Origin: Candidatus Latescibacterota bacterium
GTDB lineage: Bacteria > Latescibacterota > UBA2968 > UBA8231
Length of the DNA: 64,000 nt
Assembly: GCA_965205655.1 (NCBI GenBank)
Contig: CBDBIJ010000058.1
Location: forward strand, 1-64,000
Direction: 5' to 3'
Below are positions 59,601 to 64,000 of the stretch, in pieces. The translations under genes and the position numbers were made by a program. Each line of letters begins with the position of its first letter. The stretch's first letter is position 1. The notes under the pieces are model-generated. The model saw only the letters and a program-made list of their open reading frames with translations. It made no database searches and had not been told where the DNA came from.

Positions 59601-60061
59601 CGGGGAGTTTCACGCCCCTCGACTCAGAGGCGATCAAGGCCCTTATCCCCCACCGAGATCCCTTCCTGCTGGTGGATAGAATCATCGAGATGGTGCCCGG
59701 TGAGAGAGTGGTCGCCGTGCGGAACGTGTCCGAGGGCGACTACTTTCTGCATGGTCATTTCCCCGGATACCCGGTTGTGCCGGGAGTGCTCATTCTTGAG
59801 TCGATGGCGCAAGCAGGTGCCGTCATGATGCTGGCGGCCAATGGCGACGCGAAAAACGGCGTCGCGGCGAAGCTTCCATTCTTCACCGGCGCCGACAAGG
59901 TGAAGTTCCGGCGGCAGGTCGTCCCGGGGGATCAACTGCGGCTCGAGCTGACAGTGCTCAGGCAGCGGGCCGACACCTGCCGCCTGGCGGGCAGAGCGTA
60001 TGTGGGTGACGAGCTCGCGGCAGAAGCTGAAATTCTCGCGGTCATGAGGGAGCGGGAATAG
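59597..60061 (+). CDS. fabZ: 3-hydroxyacyl-ACP dehydratase (stand-alone)
   Basis: IPHRDPFLLVDRI, GHFP..PVVPGVLILESMAQ and KFRRQVVPGD. Confidence 0.95.
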   Translation: MTGSFTPLDSEAIKALIPHRDPFLLVDRIIEMVPGERVVAVRNVSEGDYFLHGHFPGYPVVPGVLILESMAQAGAVMMLAANGDAKNGVAAKLPFFTGADKVKFRRQVVPGDQLRLELTVLRQRADTCRLAGRAYVGDELAAEAEILAVMRERE

Positions 60062-60087
60062 CGCCCGAACCGCGGAAGCAGAAAGAC

Positions 60088-60153
60088 AAAGGCGCCCCGA
60101 CCGGGACGATATCGTCGTCGTCGACGACACGTCGTTCCGATCAGGGCGCCTTT
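60088..60153. terminator. Long, probably bidirectional terminator hairpin between convergent genes
   Basis: AAAGGCGCCC...GGGCGCCTTT closes an imperfect stem of about 30 bp. The left flank is A-rich and the right flank T-rich. Confidence 0.75.
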
Positions 60154-60176
60154 CTTTGTTGCTGTGCTTCCTCTTC

Positions 60177-63100
60177 TTACTTGAGGAGCATCATTTTGCC
60201 GACGCTGTGGAATCTGTCGGCGGTGAGTCGATAGAAGTAGAGGCCGTTTCCGACGGGTCGGTTGTGCGCATCGGTGCCGTCCCACACGTCGGTGTGGAAG
60301 CCGGCGTGGTGGTCGCCGTCGTCGACGAGGGTTTTCACTTTTTGTCCGAGGACATCGTAGATGACGAGCTCGACCGGTGCGGCCTGGGGCACATCGTAGT
60401 CGATACTCGTGGTGGGGTTGAAGGGGTTGGGGAAGTTGGCCCCGAGTCGAAACTCGGCCGGCCGCAGCTGCGCGGCGACGAGCCGGGCGACGCGATGGAC
60501 GGTGCCGTCGTCGCGGGCGATGACGGCGTTCCTCAGATCGAAGAAGGCGTCGTTCGTGGGGCCTGTCGTGGTGGTGACGAAGACGAGTTCGGCGAGCGGT
60601 CCATGGCCGGAGACGGGCTCGCCGCTGGCCAGGCCGTTGCCGATGACGATGAGCCCGGGGGTGTGGCGGAAGACCTGGAAGAAGGGCGCCTCGCCGCCCT
60701 GCGACTCGAGCAGGTGCCCGGCGCCGGCGCCGGCCCGCTCGAAGCGGACGGCGGTTGGATCGTAGCCGATGACGAGGCCGAAGGCGGTCATCTCTTCGAC
60801 ACCGGTGGCGTCGACGCGCACGGCGATAGGCGCGTGTGTGCGCCCGCCCTCATCGGCGCGGCTGCCGCCCGATGCCTCGAGCCGGATGTGGGCCTGCTCG
60901 TCGAGGAAGTGGGCGAAGGCCCACGGCTTGCCGGCAACCGAGGTGCCGAAGTTGTTGGCGAACTTGAAGAAGTCGTCGAGATCGACGGCCAGATCGCCAT
61001 TGAAGTCGCCCTCGAGCACGACGGCCTGAGCGATGAATTCCTGCGTCGCCGTCCAGTTTCCGATGAGCGAGCCCTCCACGGCGCGCACGCGCCAGTAGTA
61101 GGTCGTCCCATCGGTGAGCTCGCGGGTGATCGTCCAGCCCGTCTGTCCGGCGCCCACATTCCCGGCGCCGGCCAGGATGTCGGATTCGGAGTCGACGACG
61201 TTCGAAAAATCATCGAGCGTGGACACCTGCACCGTGTAGGTCAGGGAGGCGCCGGCGGTGAAGGGCGTCGCATCGCTAAAAACGAACGTCGGTGTGAGGG
61301 CTTCGCCCGAACGCGACAGATCACTGACCAGCGAGGGCGCCATGGTGGCTGTGGGGATGACGGAGGAGGCGTTCGAGGCCACCGAGATGTTGTCGGTGCG
61401 GTCCCACGGCGTTGACTTCGTAGTCGTAGCTCTGGTCGTTGACGAGCCCCAGATCGGTGTAGCTTGCCTCCGCTAGCCCCGAGGCGATGGCCGCGAAATC
61501 GGCCTCGCCGGTCAGCCGTCGCGACAGGGTGTAACTGGCGAAATCGAGCTCGGTGTTGGCATCCCAACTGAGCAGGGCCTGGGCGTTGCCGCTCGTGCCG
61601 GCCAGGTTGGCGGGGGCCGCCGGCCGCGTCCAGGGTGGCAAAGCTGAGCTCGGCGCTGGCGGCGGCCGGGTTGTTGGCCCGGTCGATGGAGCCGGCGGTG
61701 AAAAAGTAGGTCGTGCCCGCCGTCAGGTTCGTCAGAATGACCTCGTGCTCGAGCACATCCTCCACCGAGCCCACCGCCACATCCAACAGACCCGAGGTCG
61801 TGCCGAAGTCGATGAAGCTGTCGGCCAGCTCGTTCGTCGTCCAGGTGATGACGGCCTCCTCATCGGCCGGCTCGAAGAGCACGTTGGAGATCTCGGGCGA
61901 ATCCAGATCAGCCGTCGCATCGGTGGTGAAGGAAAACACCGTTGACTCGCTGGGACCGTTGTTGCTCAAATCCGACGAGGAGACCTTGTAGAAATACTCC
62001 GTGTTCGCCTCCAGGTTCGTCAGCGTGATCTCGTGCTGTGAGGCCGTCTCGGGCAAGCTGCGGATGAAGCCGAGGCCCGGTGTCGGCGCCGAACTCAACT
62101 TCGCCGGTGGACTCCTCGTCCGCCGTCCACTGCACCGTGGCGCTCTCATCGTTTTTGTAGATGATGACCGGGTCACCCAGAGACGGCGCCGTCACGTCGA
62201 TCTCCGGGTCGGTGGTGAACACCGCCATGGCCGACTCCGTAGCCCCGTTCCCAGAGGCGTCCGTCGACGCCACCAGATAACTGTACAACCCTCCCGAAGT
62301 CAGGTTGGTCAGCGTCACCTTATGGTCCGTCTCCATTACTCCCGAGGTTTCCGTTTCCTCTGCGGTGGCCTCAGTGCTGAAACGGACCTCGGTATCGGCG
62401 GGTTCGTCCGTGGTGTACTCGATGATCGCGGTGTCGTGCGTTTTCGACGTCACCGTGGGCCCGGAGAGGATGACGGGAAGCTGGGTGTCGGGGTCGTTGC
62501 TCGTCGTGAAACTGCCGCCACCGCCGGGAGGCTGCTGAACGGCCGCCACCTTCGAACCGCCGCCCGGCTGGTCCTGGCCGATGTATTCACCCGATTGGCC
62601 GCTCGCTGCAGTAAACGTGAGGCCGAAGAAGTAGGATCCGGACAGTCCAGATGCTACGATGCTGTGGCGATGAGAGAATTCGCCATCGGTGAAGACGAAC
62701 TGATCCGCCGTGCCAAAGGTCGTCTCATCACCGACACTGAGTTCGGCGGTCGTGGCGACATCGGTGGCGAACTGGATTACGACGAGCTCATCGGTGACGA
62801 ACGCACGCGGACCGAGAATCAGCTCCGGTTTCGCCGTATCGCCCTCAGCCGGGGTTCTGAACATGAGGTCCCGGCTCCACTGCTCCACCCCCGTAGGGTC
62901 GGTGTCAAAGGTGCGCAGGCCGTCGACGTCTTCCACCGCAAATGCGATCTTGTATCGATATGTCTGCGACGGCTCTATATCGCCAGCCAGGGTGATGTTG
63001 TGACGGGTCGTCGTGGGGCCGGTCGCGGACCAGGTGTAGAGCTCGTCCGAGCTGACATCGCCTTCGCCGTTCTGCAAGATCTTGGCGTTTTCCACCGCTA

Positions 63101-64000
63101 CCGCGTCGTCTGGCACCAACCCGTACGAGAGCGTAGGGGCTATCGGCAGGGGCGTCCGGAACAGGATCCGGACCTCTTCGGGGCCGCGGATCTGGAGGGG
63201 CGGACCGGCCATGCGCAGCGCTTTCCTGAGCAGCCGTGTCGTGATTCTCCTGGTGATGTTGAGGCTGGAAAACTCGGCCGCGAGCGCTGCCGGGATGTCC
63301 TCGGTCATGGCCAGGGACAAGGCGACATCGAGCTGAGTACCCACCGGCAGGTCTTCGATCTTGAAAGCCGTCTCCGTGGCCCCATCCTCGTTCACCTGAT
63401 CTGACGAGACGACTTCGGAGTCGTCCACCCTCGTCACGGTGTAATTCGTCACAACCGGGCGATTCGTGTTGAATCGCACTGCGATGAAGCTGCGGCCTCG
63501 CTGTATGTCCAGATTGTGGGCCAGCAGCCGCCGCAAGTCGGGCGCCAGGCGCGTGTCGAACACCTTTCGCACAAGCGGGCTGATCTGACCACTGAGCCCT
63601 ATCGATCGGATGCTGAGCCGGTAGCGCATGCCGGACTCCAGCACGCCTCGGGTCGGCACAACGTGCTTGCGCTCTCTAAGGAGCTTGACGGCCGTCCTCG
63701 CCTCCGCCAGCAGTGCCGGAACCGGATCGGGGCCGAAGGGGGGCACCGGAAGCCCGAGGGCCTCCCGTACCGTCGCGTCGTCCTCGACGAGGATATCTAT
63801 ACCTTCCGCCTCGAGCTGATTGAGAGCGGCGAGGGCCTCGGGGGCGGATTCAAGCCGGGCTCTAAAGGGACTCTGAAAATTGCCCAAGTTGGCAACGACC
63901 TCACCATCCTCGTCCAGCTTGTCGACGCCGACGACATCGTCGAAGCCCGGAAACCGAGTCTCCCATGAGACGACGCCGAATCTATCACGAAATTGACCTT
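60177..64000 (-). CDS. Giant secreted protein E (over 1200 aa, 5' end outside the window): tandem FN3-type repeats, single dockerin-like EF-hand, cohesin-like, FlgD/T9SS-like CTD; frameshifts near 62085, 61620 and 61400
   Basis: The frame is open from the window end. Repeats W.T.E.A...V.FG...H.V.LTNL...Y.Y.V.STD.S.N; GDFNGDLAVDLDDFFKFANNFG; NFPNPFNPTTSI...GKMMLLK. Confidence 0.82.

Noticed and set aside
1041..61415. Long antisense or alternate-frame ORFs (e.g. 1041-2021, 11146-12588, 12604-14118, 30164-31552, 60156-61415)
   Set aside because: Shadow ORFs expected from GC-rich codon bias opposite well-supported genes. They show no recognisable motifs.
1..64000. CRISPR array, tRNA or rRNA genes
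   Set aside because: No repeat-spacer periodicity, cloverleaf or rRNA-like tract was recognised. The tandem repeats seen have two or three copies and no spacers.

Overview
GC-rich, gene-dense window from a diderm bacterium. Gene content (LolA/LolCDE, BamA, McsA/McsB/ClpC, many secreted proteins ending in a PNPFNP-type FlgD/T9SS-like C-terminal domain with DFDDFF EF-hand motifs) suggests an FCB-superphylum lineage such as Latescibacterota; this is inference only. Housekeeping genes are aquaporin-arsC, guaB, rdgB, hisG-hisD-hisB, moaD-moaE, cdaR-like-tsaD, ftsK-lolA and prfB-lolC/E-lolD-mcsA-mcsB-clpC-bamA-skp-fabZ. The accessory centre (10.5-36 kb) holds four parts: a GT4/YfhO/flippase/methyltransferase glycosylation locus; two different IS630 elements stacked at one CTAG; a nested IS1595 remnant carrying a decayed BglII/BstYI-type restriction-modification pair; and four large secreted surface proteins. 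A fifth such protein runs off the right end. The most striking signal is a tail shared by three giant proteins: a dockerin-like EF-hand module, then Gly-Lys, a cohesin-like domain and a sorting domain. This points to a possibly self-assembling surface scaffold, with one gene expressed from a consensus-like promoter through a ~220-nt structured leader. Other signals: exact tandem duplications at three gene 3' ends, a MoaD with a masked GG terminus, a bamA-skp-fabZ operon without lpx genes, and an uncalled 31-aa membrane microprotein. Many single-base insertion frameshifts look like long-read errors. No rRNA, tRNA or CRISPR array was recognised. All domain calls are by-eye motif recognition, not database searches.
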